A stretch of DNA of 32,000 nucleotides from Candidatus Saganbacteria bacterium (GTDB lineage: Bacteria; Margulisbacteria; WOR-1; JAKLHX01), in the NCBI GenBank assembly GCA_026387835.1, contig JAPLKZ010000007.1, positions 124,187-156,186 on the forward strand. Direction: 5' to 3'. The translations under genes and the position numbers were made by a program. The notes under the pieces were generated by a model. It was not told the DNA's origin. It was given only the letters and a program-made list of their open reading frames with translations, and searched no databases. Positions 21,853-31,797 of the stretch are shown here, piece after piece; within the stretch, counting starts at the first letter, position 1, and each line of letters opens with the position of its first letter.

Positions 21853-23007
21853 ATGAAAACAAAGATCCCGAAAAACGTTGTCTGGCTCGGTCTTGTCAGT
21901 TTCTTTAACGATGTCGCCTCGGAGATGATCTATCCTCTTGTCCCTATATTCCTCACAAGCGTCCTGGGCGCGCCGGTGGCAATAGTCGGTCTGATAGAGG
22001 GGATAGCCGAATCAACCGCGAGCTTATTAAAAGTCGTCTCAGGATGGCTTTCCGACAAATTCCGTTCAAGAAAACCCTTTACAGTTGCAGGATATTTATT
22101 CTCGGCATTTTCAAAAATACTTTTAAGCTTTGCTTTCAGCTGGCCTCTGGTCCTGTTTGCCAGATTTGTCGACCGTTTCGGAAAAGGGGTGCGGACTTCA
22201 GCGCGGGATGCTTTGATCGCCGAAAGCTCGGATGCCACGGTCAGAGGAAGATCGTTCGGTTTTCACCGCGGCCTGGATACTCTGGGAGCGGTGATAGGCC
22301 CGCTCCTCGCTCTGATCGCAATCCGATTTTTGAATGATAATCTGCGTCTCATATTCTTTCTTGCATTCATCCCGGCTTTTATCGGGATCCTCCTGCTTGT
22401 CATCTTTGTAAAAGAAAAAAGAAAAGAAACCGGTCCTTTCGAAGCGTTCCATTTTAAATGGCAGGATCTCGACCCTTCTTTTAAAATATATTTGCTGATC
22501 AGTTTTATTTTTGCTTTAGGCAACAGTTCGGATGCCTTTCTGATCTTGCGGGCGCAAAATTTAGGCCTGTCACTCACTTTGATAGTGCTTACATACGTAC
22601 TTTTCAATTTCACATATGCAATGTTTTCAATGCCGGCAGGAATAGTGTCTGATAAGATTGGACCAAGAAAAGTTCTTCTAAGCGGTTTTTTGCTTTTTGC
22701 CTTTGTTTATCTTTTATTTGGCGCAATACATTCAAGTGTATTTCTTTGGGTTCTTTTCCCTCTTTACGGGATATACATGGCACTTACCGAAGGGGTAGGG
22801 AAAGCCTACATTTCAAATCTGGTCCCGAACGAGAAGACGGGCACGGCCTTTGGCATCTATCAGACAACGGTCGGCCTCTGCACGTTCTTTGCTTCTCTTA
22901 TTGCCGGACTTCTCTGGACATATGTCGGTGTCAGTGTGCCTTTCATCTTTGGTAGTGTAGCGGCGGCAATATCTGCGATCCTGTTTGTTATTCTGGAGAA
23001 GAAATAA
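21853..23007 (+). CDS. MFS transporter
   Basis: 384 aa with about 12 predicted TM helices and an MFS loop motif (DRFGKG-type, VDRFGKGVRTSARDA). Confidence 0.75.
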   Translation: MKTKIPKNVVWLGLVSFFNDVASEMIYPLVPIFLTSVLGAPVAIVGLIEGIAESTASLLKVVSGWLSDKFRSRKPFTVAGYLFSAFSKILLSFAFSWPLVLFARFVDRFGKGVRTSARDALIAESSDATVRGRSFGFHRGLDTLGAVIGPLLALIAIRFLNDNLRLIFFLAFIPAFIGILLLVIFVKEKRKETGPFEAFHFKWQDLDPSFKIYLLISFIFALGNSSDAFLILRAQNLGLSLTLIVLTYVLFNFTYAMFSMPAGIVSDKIGPRKVLLSGFLLFAFVYLLFGAIHSSVFLWVLFPLYGIYMALTEGVGKAYISNLVPNEKTGTAFGIYQTTVGLCTFFASLIAGLLWTYVGVSVPFIFGSVAAAISAILFVILEKK

Positions 23008-23036
23008 AAAGACCCCGGCTAAATACCGGGATCTTT
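23008..23036. terminator. Hairpin between the convergent MFS and PFK genes (possible bidirectional terminator)
   Basis: AAAGAcCCCGG-ctaaata-CCGGGaTCTTT, flanked by A/T runs on both sides. Confidence 0.45.
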
Positions 23037-23060
23037 AAAACTATCTATCCAGCATTTCTA

Positions 23061-24506
23061 TTATGGTAGTTGTTTCGGACCGCAATCCCTGTGCGCTTTG
23101 AACATCTGCATGTCCGCGGCCTGAGTGTACATAGTACTGCCCAGGTCCAAAAGTCTTTTGAGTAAATGGTCGGCTCCGTCTACCAAAAGGTCTTCGTATC
23201 TTACATATCCCAGGTTCCCGAATCCTTTTGATATCACCATGACGCCGGACATGCCCGCGTCAAGAAGTTCTATCGCTTTACCACCCTCCTCAAGCCCAAG
23301 ACCTATATCAAAACTGTTAGGGCGTCTGCATCTGAATTCATATCCCAGTTGTTTCGGGACTACCTTTAGGTCGATACCAAGGTCCTTTGCCGCTTTTTTA
23401 ACAAGCGGGGTAAGGGCTTGCGCAATACCCACATCAGCAAGCCTCGGATTACTATGATTATCGATCCCGATTATGACCTGAGCGCCTAATCCCAGGACTT
23501 CAAATTTAATTGGTTTCCCCTTTGCGTCTGTTTTGCAGACTTTTGTCGGCAGCCTGTCAGCAATTCCTTCCGCGACAGCGAACAGTCCGTATTTCGGCCC
23601 GTTCCTGTTAGTCCCTGCGCGGTCACTTATCGTCTGGGCGATCTCTCTTGCAAGCAATGTCGCGTTGAGCTTAAGGCTTCCGTCCGTTATACCGTTTCCT
23701 TCTACGGCCCTGATAAAATCCACGGTGCTCAGTATCTGCCCGTTGACCTCAAGCATCCTTGCTGTCCTGGCGAGGATCTGGTCCTTGGAGGCAAAGCTTG
23801 CCTTTAGTATCTGCCTTATCCCGTTAAGAGAGAACTCTTCCGGTATGAATATCCCTGTCGCGCCTGCGGCTTTTGCAGACCGCAGGGCCAAAGCTCCCGA
23901 ACTTCTTCCCATAAGTTCCGCAATGAATATTGAAGCGATATCCTGCGCGGCGGCATCATCCTTCAAGGCCATCATAGCTTCTGCCATGCCGTCCACGACC
24001 GTAAAATGCCCGTGCGTGATCCCGGTCATCGGCACGTCATCGTCGATCGTTTTCGGCACGCCTACAACAGGAAATCCAAGGCTTGCGAGCCTTCTGTTAG
24101 TAGTGTTTGTGTCGTCCCCGCCGATCCCGAGAAGACCGTCAAAACCCCAGCCTTTCAAATTCTTCACGATCTCGGCTCTGTCCGCTTCCTTAGGGTTAAA
24201 TCTTGACGTCCCGCAACATATCGCTCCGATCGCCTCAAGTCGTGATATAAGCTGTCTGGTAAGGACTACAGCGTTCCCCGCCTTAAGTCCCGCGAATCCG
24301 TCCTCAAAAGCTACGATCCCGTCCCCGCGGATGATCGCCGCAATGGCAGCTCCCTTGACAGCGGCGCTGCTACCCGGAGCAGGTCCGCCGCCATGGACAA
24401 CCGCCCATATCTTTCTGCAGCCCTGCAATGCAGACAAAGAACGAATATTCGGCCGCGCAGTAAAAAGATTTACTTTATGGGGAAGCCAGCTCGCTTGAAG
24501 TCCCAT
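23061..24506 (-). CDS. 6-phosphofructokinase family protein, probably pyrophosphate-dependent
   Basis: PFK motifs GGGPAPG, GIGGDDT, PKTIDDD and ELMGRSSG. PKTID instead of PGTID, together with the long 481-aa form, suggests the PPi type. GGAGG RBS. Confidence 0.75.
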   Translation of the reverse strand: MGLQASWLPHKVNLFTARPNIRSLSALQGCRKIWAVVHGGGPAPGSSAAVKGAAIAAIIRGDGIVAFEDGFAGLKAGNAVVLTRQLISRLEAIGAICCGTSRFNPKEADRAEIVKNLKGWGFDGLLGIGGDDTNTTNRRLASLGFPVVGVPKTIDDDVPMTGITHGHFTVVDGMAEAMMALKDDAAAQDIASIFIAELMGRSSGALALRSAKAAGATGIFIPEEFSLNGIRQILKASFASKDQILARTARMLEVNGQILSTVDFIRAVEGNGITDGSLKLNATLLAREIAQTISDRAGTNRNGPKYGLFAVAEGIADRLPTKVCKTDAKGKPIKFEVLGLGAQVIIGIDNHSNPRLADVGIAQALTPLVKKAAKDLGIDLKVVPKQLGYEFRCRRPNSFDIGLGLEEGGKAIELLDAGMSGVMVISKGFGNLGYVRYEDLLVDGADHLLKRLLDLGSTMYTQAADMQMFKAHRDCGPKQLP

Positions 24507-24621
24507 TTTATTTTCCTCCTCTGACAGATAACTTCGTCTATAAATACATCGAACGGTTTTTTTGGAAATTTCACTTAATTTCTAAATATCCGTTATTATT
24601 GGCCGGCTCGGCCCGGAAGAT

Positions 24622-25818
24622 TTACCTGTGAAGCACTTCCTCCATTGCAACTATGACATCAACAGGTCCGGGCCCGATGACTTTATTGCCGTCAATTCTT
24701 GCAACTAGAGACTTATCCTGCCCGGTCGTCCTGACCCAGACTAATTTTTGGAGCCAATCGTGCGCGATCGTGACCTTCGGAGTGCCAACGGTAGAGGCAA
24801 GGTGCGATGGCCCTGTATCGATGGACAAGAAGCTCCTGCACATCCTGATCACTTCCGCTTCTTCAAGCACATCCCCGAAGAACAGCCCGAATGGCTTGTT
24901 GCCTTTGATAGCCCTGTGCCTGTCTGACAGCTCCGCAAGGAATTTCTCGTGTATCTCTTTGTTACTGAGCGCGGCAAGATGCGAATATCTTTGGTTGTCG
25001 TCCATCATGTTTTCCGGAATATGGCCGAAAAGAGAACCGCATATAAAAAGGATATTGTAGTTCTTTTTAAGGAAATGATCGGCGACCTCATGGAAGGAGC
25101 TTGCCGGCCATACCTGATCGAATACTTTGTAAGATCCCGCGGTCAGGTGGAGCCCGATGGTCCTTTCAGGAAGGAATTTTGTCAGTGCGAAAATACCGGC
25201 GGCGGCATCTTTTTCTTTTTGCGTGGTCCATATCATGGGACGAATATCCGAAGTGTCATATCCGGTTTTGCCGTCAAGTCTCTCGGCCAGCTTGACGACC
25301 TCCATATTCTTCAAAATAAAAGGGAGTCCTGCAGCCTCTATTGTTTCGTCAAATAAAGCGCCACCCCTGTCCGTGGTAAAGCTGCTTTCCTCATCATTAG
25401 AATGGTGTTCCAGGCATCTCGCATGATTGCCGAAGTTTATCCTGAAACTATCCAGCGGTGAGGAGCTGTCAAGAGCTTGGTAGGAAACAACAAGAGCTTC
25501 GGTATCGTCCCCGAACGGGATCCCGAGGACATTTTTTCCGCCATTTTCAGTCTTTTTCCTCAAAGCATCGAGTTTTTCAAGGTTGTCGGCTATAGTGATC
25601 CCATCGCGTCTTGCCCGATCAAACCTGTACCTCATCAGGCTGGAACACTCCGCGCTCGGGATTATCGCAAGCCTTCTTCCAAAGACTTTCATAAGCCTGT
25701 CAATGGACGGCGAAAGGTCGACATTAGAGCCGAGCCTCTCAACGCCGCTAAGGCTGGCAACAGCCCATTTAAATCTGCCCGTAGATGTGATGCTGGCTGG
25801 CAATATAATACCTCTCAA
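24622..25818 (-). CDS. Glycosyltransferase family 9-like (heptosyltransferase-like) protein
   Basis: C-terminal SIDTGPSHLASTVGTPKVTI resembles the GT9 NDSGPMHLAAALGTP motif, while the N-terminal half is divergent. TTG start with a GAGGT RBS. Confidence 0.5.
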   Translation of the reverse strand: MRGIILPASITSTGRFKWAVASLSGVERLGSNVDLSPSIDRLMKVFGRRLAIIPSAECSSLMRYRFDRARRDGITIADNLEKLDALRKKTENGGKNVLGIPFGDDTEALVVSYQALDSSSPLDSFRINFGNHARCLEHHSNDEESSFTTDRGGALFDETIEAAGLPFILKNMEVVKLAERLDGKTGYDTSDIRPMIWTTQKEKDAAAGIFALTKFLPERTIGLHLTAGSYKVFDQVWPASSFHEVADHFLKKNYNILFICGSLFGHIPENMMDDNQRYSHLAALSNKEIHEKFLAELSDRHRAIKGNKPFGLFFGDVLEEAEVIRMCRSFLSIDTGPSHLASTVGTPKVTIAHDWLQKLVWVRTTGQDKSLVARIDGNKVIGPGPVDVIVAMEEVLHR

Positions 25819-25861
25819 TATATACCTCGATAAAATTGAGGCGGAATTTCAGGGTAAATAG

Positions 25862-25891
25862 TTGACAAAGTGCGATGCGGCCTGATAAGAT
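25862..25891 (+). promoter_or_regulatory. Promoter TTGACA-N17/18-(TGa)TAAGAT upstream of the DUF134 gene
   Basis: Consensus -35 at 25862-25867. -10-like ATAAGAT at 25885-25891, preceded by TG. Confidence 0.5.
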
Positions 25892-25918
25892 GAGTAATGA
25901 ACAGGTGTTCATAACAAA

Positions 25919-26212
25919 ATGAGGCCAAAAAAGACAAGGCATATTAAATGCGATAAAGACTTCCGCTTCTTTAAGCCGCAGTGCAAAACAAGGAAAGAAG
26001 TCAGAGAGATAATTATAACGCTGGATGAGTTCGAGGCAATAAGGCTTTATGACTTTGAAGGCCTTGAACAGGAGAGGGCGGCCAAAAGGATGAAAATATC
26101 AAGGCCGACGTTCTCAAGGATATTATCATCGGCAAGGAAAAAGATCGCTCGCGGGCTGGTAAAACTGGAAGCGTTAAAGATAGAGGGAGGATGCTGCAGC
26201 TTCGGAAAATGA
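25919..26212 (+). CDS. DUF134 / UPF0251 family DNA-binding protein (sigma-70 region-4-like HTH)
   Basis: MRPKKTRHI...FKP...LDEFEAIRLYDFEGLEQERAAKRMKISRPTFSRILSSARKKIA matches the UPF0251 pattern. Confidence 0.8.
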   Translation: MRPKKTRHIKCDKDFRFFKPQCKTRKEVREIIITLDEFEAIRLYDFEGLEQERAAKRMKISRPTFSRILSSARKKIARGLVKLEALKIEGGCCSFGK

Positions 26213-26231
26213 CTAATAACTAATGACTAAT
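26211..26231 (+). repeat. Three tandem heptads (GACTAAT AACTAAT GACTAAT)
   Basis: Read directly from the sequence. Overlaps the DUF134 stop codon and lies upstream of the ACR3 gene. Confidence 0.7.
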
Positions 26232-26269
26232 GGCCAATTAAAAAGGAGAGACAATAATGAGAGGCAATA

Positions 26270-27301
26270 ATGACAGTTAAAAAGTTGTCGTTCATAGACA
26301 GGTATCTGACTTTGTGGATATTTGCTGTAATGGCTGCCGGGGTCGGGATAGGTTTCTTATTCCCGCAGATAGTCGGGTTCTGGAACAGGTTCCAGTCCGG
26401 GACAACAAATATTCCTATAGCGATAGGCCTTATTCTTATGATGTATCCTCCGCTCGCCAAAGTTAAATATGAGGAACTGAAAGACGTCTTTACGGATGTC
26501 AAAGTGCTTATTTTGTCTTTGGTGCAAAACTGGCTGATAGGACCGGTGCTCATGTTCGCGCTTGCTCTGCTATTCCTCCGCGACAGGCCGGAATACATGG
26601 TAGGCCTTATTTTGATCGGGCTTGCCCGCTGTATCGCGATGGTCATTGTCTGGAACGAGCTTGCGGATGGCGACAGCGAATATGCCGCCGGGCTTATTGC
26701 TTTCAACAGCATCTTTCAGGTGTTGTTTTACAGCGTCTACGCCTGGATCTTTATTACATACTTGCCGGGATTGTTCGGATTAAAAGGCGCGATCGTGAAT
26801 ATTTCTATTATTAATGTGGCAAAAAGTGTTTTTATTTATCTTGGCATTCCGTTCCTCGCAGGTATCATTACCAGATTTTCACTTATCAAGTCTAAAGGAA
26901 AGGCCTGGTACGAGGACAGATTCATCCCTATGATCAGCCCGATAACGCTGATCGCTCTGCTGTTTACAATATTTGTCATGTTCAGCTTAAAAGGAGAGCT
27001 CATTGTACAAATACCTTATGATGTCTTTAGGATAGCAATACCGCTTCTCATATACTTTATTGCGATGTTTTTTATCAGCTGGTCCTTGAGCAAAGGATTC
27101 GGCGCAAATTATAAAAAATCTACAACGCTTTCATTCACGGCCGCAAGCAACAATTTTGAGCTTGCAATTGCCGTGGCAGTCGCAGTATTCGGGATCAATT
27201 CCGGTCCTGCCTTTACTGCTGTTATCGGTCCGCTTGTGGAAGTCCCGGTAATGATAGCGCTGGTAGGTGTGGCTTTGCGGCTGAGGGGAGGGTTCAAATG
27301 A
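26270..27301 (+). CDS. acr3: ACR3-family arsenite efflux transporter
   Basis: 343 aa with about 10 TM helices. The N-terminus [22 protein letters not shown] and overall pattern are typical of Acr3. Confidence 0.8.
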   Translation: MTVKKLSFIDRYLTLWIFAVMAAGVGIGFLFPQIVGFWNRFQSGTTNIPIAIGLILMMYPPLAKVKYEELKDVFTDVKVLILSLVQNWLIGPVLMFALALLFLRDRPEYMVGLILIGLARCIAMVIVWNELADGDSEYAAGLIAFNSIFQVLFYSVYAWIFITYLPGLFGLKGAIVNISIINVAKSVFIYLGIPFLAGIITRFSLIKSKGKAWYEDRFIPMISPITLIALLFTIFVMFSLKGELIVQIPYDVFRIAIPLLIYFIAMFFISWSLSKGFGANYKKSTTLSFTAASNNFELAIAVAVAVFGINSGPAFTAVIGPLVEVPVMIALVGVALRLRGGFK

Positions 27302-28080
27302 AAAGAAAAGATAAAACTATAAAGAAAGCCGTGAAAGAAAAATATGGCAGCATAGCGGTTGGAAAACAAAAAGGATGTTGTTCAGGCTCATCCTGTTGCG
27401 GAAGCGGTCCGGCGGCTGTTATCAGTAAAAATATCGGTTACAGCGGGCAGGAGATGGGAGCAGTTCCTGAAGGATCAAATCTGGGTCTGGGCTGCGGTAA
27501 TCCTGTGGCAATAGCATCATTAAAAGAAGGGGAGACCGTCCTTGACCTGGGCAGCGGCGCGGGATTTGACGCATTTCTTGCGTCATCTAAAGTAGGCAAA
27601 AGCGGAAAAGTGATAGGAGTGGACATGACTCCCGAAATGGTTAAAAAAGCGAAACAGAACGCCCTCAATGGCGGCTATAAGAATGTTGAGTTCAGGCTCG
27701 GAGAGATAGAGAAGCTTCCAGTAGATAACGCGTCTGTCGATGTGATCATTTCTAATTGTGTTATAAACCTTTCTCAGGAAAAGGAAAAAGTATTTAAAGA
27801 AGCTTTCAGGGTCCTGAAACCGGGCGGCAGGCTGATGATATCGGATCTAGTTCTATTAAAAGATTTGCCTAAGATTGTTATGAAATCGATTGAAGCTTAT
27901 ACCGGTTGTATCGCTGGAGCTGTGCTAAAAGAAGAATATTTGGGCCATATTAAAAAAGCGGGATTTCATGACATTAAGGTAATAAGTGAAGATATCTATC
28001 CGATAGAGGAAAAAGGTATTTTGCCGGATTCTGTTGCAAGTATCAAAGTCGGAGCTCAGAAGCCGCTAGCGGCGAAATAA
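27298..28080 (+). CDS. arsM: Arsenite S-adenosylmethionine methyltransferase ArsM
   Basis: SAM motif [11 protein letters not shown], the conserved cysteines in GLGCGNP, SNCVINL and GCIAGA, and an N-terminal Cys cluster. ATGA overlap with acr3. Confidence 0.85.
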   Translation: MKRKDKTIKKAVKEKYGSIAVGKQKGCCSGSSCCGSGPAAVISKNIGYSGQEMGAVPEGSNLGLGCGNPVAIASLKEGETVLDLGSGAGFDAFLASSKVGKSGKVIGVDMTPEMVKKAKQNALNGGYKNVEFRLGEIEKLPVDNASVDVIISNCVINLSQEKEKVFKEAFRVLKPGGRLMISDLVLLKDLPKIVMKSIEAYTGCIAGAVLKEEYLGHIKKAGFHDIKVISEDIYPIEEKGILPDSVASIKVGAQKPLAAK

Positions 28081-28098
28081 TGAAAGGGGTGAATTGAT

Positions 28099-29049
28099 AT
28101 GTTCAAATGGTTTGCCGATCTTATTACATATGATGTATTGAGGCTGACAAAAGAGACGCATCTCGCGGACAGTATGAATTTCTTTTTCTACGATGTTCCG
28201 AAAATATATTTCATGCTCATCTGCGTGATATTCTTTGTCGCGTTCCTGAGGACATATCTACCTCCCGAGAGGATAAGAAAAATCGTTGCTGGTAAATCTG
28301 AAGTTATCGGGAATATTCTCGTTTCATTTTTTGGGATATTTATGCCGTTCTGCACTTGTTCTGCAATTCCTTTGTTCATGGGAATGCTCCAGTCAGGCAT
28401 TCCTCTCGGTGTCACGATGTCGTTTTTGATAGCTTCGCCGATGATAAACGAGATAGCCGTTGTGATGCTATGGGGGCTTTTCGGCTGGCAGGTGTCGCTG
28501 ATCTATATCCTGAGCGGGATGACGATCGCAACTCTGGCCGGATATCTGATCGGAAGGATGAAAATGGAGCGATTTGTATCTGAGAACATCTCCAGTTCAA
28601 AATTCAACAATGCCGATATGCCGGGCAGCAGTCCTATAAAGGAAAGAATAATATATTCTTTCAATTACTCGATCGACGTGTTCAAGTATGTATGGATATA
28701 TGTAATGGTTGGAATAGGGATAGGCGCTTTGATCCACGGATATGTGCCCGGAGACCTTCTTACACAATATGCTGGGCGCAGTAATCCTTTTGCCGTGATC
28801 ATAGCGACGATCATAGGGGTTCCTATTTATGCGAACTGCGCGGGAGCTATACCTGTAGCTCAGGCCCTGATGTTAAAAGGCCTTCCGCTGGGGACTTCGC
28901 TTGCTTTTCTTATGGCGGTCACCGGATTATCACTTCCGGAGTTCCTGATACTGAGATCAGTTATAAAGCCAAGGCTCCTTTATACGTTTTTTGGGATAGT
29001 CGCTCTGGGAATAATCCTGACAGGATACTTATTCAATTTCATATTTTAG
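28099..29049 (+). CDS. ArsP-like / DUF318 permease
   Basis: Polytopic membrane protein with the vicinal-Cys motif FCTCSAIPLF characteristic of the PF03773 permease family. Confidence 0.65.
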   Translation: MFKWFADLITYDVLRLTKETHLADSMNFFFYDVPKIYFMLICVIFFVAFLRTYLPPERIRKIVAGKSEVIGNILVSFFGIFMPFCTCSAIPLFMGMLQSGIPLGVTMSFLIASPMINEIAVVMLWGLFGWQVSLIYILSGMTIATLAGYLIGRMKMERFVSENISSSKFNNADMPGSSPIKERIIYSFNYSIDVFKYVWIYVMVGIGIGALIHGYVPGDLLTQYAGRSNPFAVIIATIIGVPIYANCAGAIPVAQALMLKGLPLGTSLAFLMAVTGLSLPEFLILRSVIKPRLLYTFFGIVALGIILTGYLFNFIF

Positions 29050-29103
29050 AATAGAGCAGAAGAAGAGATCCGGTTTAGCAATGAAGGGAAAAGGTGTAAA
29101 TTA

Positions 29104-29511
29104 ATGCGAAACAAGACCCGTTTTATATTGGTGTCCGGAGTATTTATTTTATTATTAATTATGAGTTCTATCCCTGCTGAGAGCGCTAAAAAAGCGGTCA
29201 AACCCAAAAACAATATAAAGATCACCTTCCTCGAGATCGGATCTGTAAATTGCATACCATGCAAAATGATGCAGCCGGTCATGAAAGAGATCGAGGAAAA
29301 ATATAAAGGTGAAGTGATCGTTATCTTTTACGATATTAAGAAACCCATGGGTTCTTATGCCGCAGAAAAGTACGGGGTAAATATGATCCCGACCCAGGTA
29401 TTCATGGATAATAAGGGCAAAGAGTTCTTCCGTCACACAGGATTTTATCCGGCGAGTGAAATCGCGAAAATAATAGACAAGAAATTAGGTCAAAATGCTG
29501 GAAATATTTAA
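29104..29511 (+). CDS. Exported thioredoxin-family protein
   Basis: Signal/anchor segment, CxxC active site (NCIPCK) and thioredoxin-fold spacing. Confidence 0.7.
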   Translation: MRNKTRFILVSGVFILLLIMSSIPAESAKKAVKPKNNIKITFLEIGSVNCIPCKMMQPVMKEIEEKYKGEVIVIFYDIKKPMGSYAAEKYGVNMIPTQVFMDNKGKEFFRHTGFYPASEIAKIIDKKLGQNAGNI

Positions 29512-30190
29512 TTTTCTGTCCTCAGCTCTTTATTCAACTCCATATATCGCGGTAGCCTCCGCATTCGTCTGGGGGATAATGAGTATAATCTTAAGCCCGT
29601 GCCATCTTTCAAGCATCCCTTTGATAATCGGTTTTATCAGCGATCAGGAGAAAATGACGACAAGAAAGGCATTCACTTTAGCGCTGGTTTTCTCGCTAGG
29701 GATACTGATAACGATTGCGCTAATAGGACTGATCACCGGTCTAATGGGAAGGATGCTTGGAAATATCGGAAACATTGGGAGTTATTTTGTTGCTGCTGTC
29801 TTGATCATAATAGGCCTGCATTTGACAGGAATAATCTCTTTGCCATTCTTTAGCAGGTTCGACCGGTCACGGGCCGGAAATAAAAAGGGATTGTTTGCTG
29901 CTTTCATGCTCGGCCTGATATTTGGAATAGCCATGGGGCCGTGTACTTTTGCCTATCTTGCACCGATGCTGGCAATAGTATTCAACCTTTCCTCAAAAGA
30001 GCTGTGGTACGGGATGCTGCTTCTTTTAGCTTACGGGATCGGACATTGCAGCGTTATTGTTTTTGCCGGGACATCTACAGAGAGTGTCCAAAAATACCTG
30101 AACTGGAACGAGCGCTCCAACGGAACTGTGTGGATAAAAAAGATATGCGGGATATTGCTGATGATCGGAGGGATATATTTGATCTTTTAG
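29495..30190 (+). CDS. ccdA: CcdA/DsbD-family thiol:disulfide transmembrane electron-transfer protein
   Basis: Six TM helices with the two conserved Cys in SPCHL and GPCTFAYL. Overlaps the thioredoxin gene. Confidence 0.75.
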   Translation: MLEIFNFLSSALYSTPYIAVASAFVWGIMSIILSPCHLSSIPLIIGFISDQEKMTTRKAFTLALVFSLGILITIALIGLITGLMGRMLGNIGNIGSYFVAAVLIIIGLHLTGIISLPFFSRFDRSRAGNKKGLFAAFMLGLIFGIAMGPCTFAYLAPMLAIVFNLSSKELWYGMLLLLAYGIGHCSVIVFAGTSTESVQKYLNWNERSNGTVWIKKICGILLMIGGIYLIF

Positions 30191-30210
30191 TCCGCATTTT
30201 GTCTTCTTCA

Positions 30211-30239
30211 TTGACATTTTACTGCCTCTGTGCAAAAAT
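30211..30239 (+). promoter_or_regulatory. Promoter TTGACA-N17-AAAAAT (with TGc), 6 nt upstream of the secG ATG
   Basis: -35 at 30211-30216 and -10 at 30234-30239. No SD precedes the ATG at 30246. Confidence 0.4.
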
Positions 30240-30245
30240 ATTCGT

Positions 30246-30461
30246 ATGAAATCACTGCTTCTTGCAGTTCAGATAATCTCCGCTCTCGGACTCATCATCA
30301 CAGTCCTTCTTCACAGTGCGAAAGGGGAAGGGCTCGGGGGCATTGGCGGAACTGCCCACGTGTTCGGCTCTCAAAAAGGGCTTGAGGAAGGGCTTGACCG
30401 CCTTACCGCGGGGCTTGCCGTCACATTCATACTTGTATCATTGATAATAAATTTCATTTGA
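30246..30461 (+). CDS. secG: Preprotein translocase subunit SecG
   Basis: 71 aa with two TM helices and a central Gly-rich loop (LLHSAKGEGLGGIGG...FGSQKG...LDRLT), as in SecG. Confidence 0.8.
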   Translation: MKSLLLAVQIISALGLIITVLLHSAKGEGLGGIGGTAHVFGSQKGLEEGLDRLTAGLAVTFILVSLIINFI

Positions 30462-30486
30462 ATAAAATAAAAGGAGGTTTCCTGTC

Positions 30487-31149
30487 ATGATCACGATATC
30501 CGATGTCCTGAGGTTGTTTGCCACTCCGCTCGGTGTCCATATTCAGAAGCTCCTGCTCGGGATCGTACTTTTGATAATAGCGGTCCTGATAGCAAAGCTC
30601 GTGCAATCCGTCTGCTGCTATATTTTTAATTTGGTAAAGATCGATGCTCTTTCCGGCACGATCGGTCTGAAGGGCCTTCTTAAAAAGACCGGCATCAATA
30701 ATTCATTCACCTCGCTGTTGGGCGATATGATCTTCTGGCTGGTAGTGCTCGCAAGCGGGATCGCCATAATCTACGCCCTGAATTATATTACAGCCCTGAA
30801 AATATTAAGGGTCATATTGAACTATCTGAGCGGTAATGTGATCAATGCCTTATTTGTGCTTATACTTACAGTGGTCCTCGGCTCTCTGCTTTCGGGCGTG
30901 ATCCTGTTCCTCGGAGGCCTGATATTCCTGCCGGGATACAGGCTGATAGCAAAATTAGCTCAATATGTGACCGTGATCTACGGTATAGTCATGGGACTCG
31001 ATATGCTCGGCATTTCGGCCCAGGTCATTGCGAGGCCGGATATAATCCTCGGTTTCTTCGCTCTGGCGGGCGCGATAGCTTTCGGGCTCGGCTGCAAAGA
31101 CCTTGCGGCGAGCTGGCTTGCTAATTTTATCAGGGATACAAGGGAATAA
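30487..31149 (+). CDS. Hypothetical integral membrane protein
   Basis: 220 aa with several hydrophobic helices. AAGGAGG RBS. No diagnostic motif recognised. Confidence 0.5.
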   Translation: MITISDVLRLFATPLGVHIQKLLLGIVLLIIAVLIAKLVQSVCCYIFNLVKIDALSGTIGLKGLLKKTGINNSFTSLLGDMIFWLVVLASGIAIIYALNYITALKILRVILNYLSGNVINALFVLILTVVLGSLLSGVILFLGGLIFLPGYRLIAKLAQYVTVIYGIVMGLDMLGISAQVIARPDIILGFFALAGAIAFGLGCKDLAASWLANFIRDTRE

Positions 31150-31175
31150 AATAGTATAGAAGGGGGGTGAAAGAA

Positions 31176-31646
31176 TTGAAAAAATTAATAGGATTGTCAG
31201 TTGTATTAATACTAATGTTATCAGCCATTTCGTTCGCTGATGGAACGACCCCGGCAAAGACAGGTGATTCGGGAAAATTAGGTGTTGGGTTTTACGGTGG
31301 TACACCGACATTGAGGTATAATTTCTCAAATGACGCCCGCGGTCAGTTGGGAGTTGGATTTGCTTCTGCAGCCGGAACCAGTGTTTTTACGTTGTTGCTT
31401 GCCGGAGACGTTGATGTCACGAAAATATCCGGTAACGAGGTAAATATTGGCGGAATATTTAACCTTACCTCGGCAACAGGCGGATCAACATGGACGGCAG
31501 CTTTCACCTGCGGAGTGGACACAAAAATAAACCAATCTTTAGTACTTGAACTTAAGGTCTGGCCTGTAAGTGTCACATCATTAGCTAATACTACGACTTT
31601 CAGCATTTTTAACACTGCTACTATTGGAGCGCATCTGTATCTGTAA
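31176..31646 (+). CDS. Small secreted, probably outer-membrane-associated protein
   Basis: Signal peptide (MKKLIGLSVVLILMLSAISFA), Gly/Thr-rich beta-strand-like repeats and a C-terminal aromatic-hydrophobic end. The TTG at 31176 is preferred over the GTG at 31167 because of the spacing from AGGGGGG. Confidence 0.5.
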   Translation: MKKLIGLSVVLILMLSAISFADGTTPAKTGDSGKLGVGFYGGTPTLRYNFSNDARGQLGVGFASAAGTSVFTLLLAGDVDVTKISGNEVNIGGIFNLTSATGGSTWTAAFTCGVDTKINQSLVLELKVWPVSVTSLANTTTFSIFNTATIGAHLYL

Positions 31647-31672
31647 TCCAATTTCTTGTTTTATAGCATAAT

Positions 31673-31710
31673 GGTCTTTCGTGTTTTAGGAATACGAAAG
31701 GCCTTATGTT
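31673..31710 (+). terminator. Rho-independent-type terminator hairpin
   Basis: GGTCTTTCGT-gttttaggaat-ACGAAAGGCC (9 of 10 bp) followed by TTATGTT. Confidence 0.5.
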
Positions 31711-31740
31711 AAATATTCTTTGCTGCAATGTAAAATATTC

Positions 31741-31768
31741 TTGACAAAGGTGTAACATCTGTTATAAT
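31741..31768 (+). promoter_or_regulatory. Consensus sigma-70-type promoter TTGACA-N16-TATAAT
   Basis: Exact consensus hexamers at 31741-31746 and 31763-31768. Confidence 0.7.
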
Positions 31769-31797
31769 TTCAAATCAAAGAGAGGGGAGGTGAGAAA

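Noticed and set aside
23533-24498. 321-aa plus-strand ORF, and other ORFs, antisense to the phosphofructokinase gene
   Set aside because: Shadow ORF opposite a well-supported PFK gene. Ala/Ser/Pro-rich and low-complexity, with no start context.
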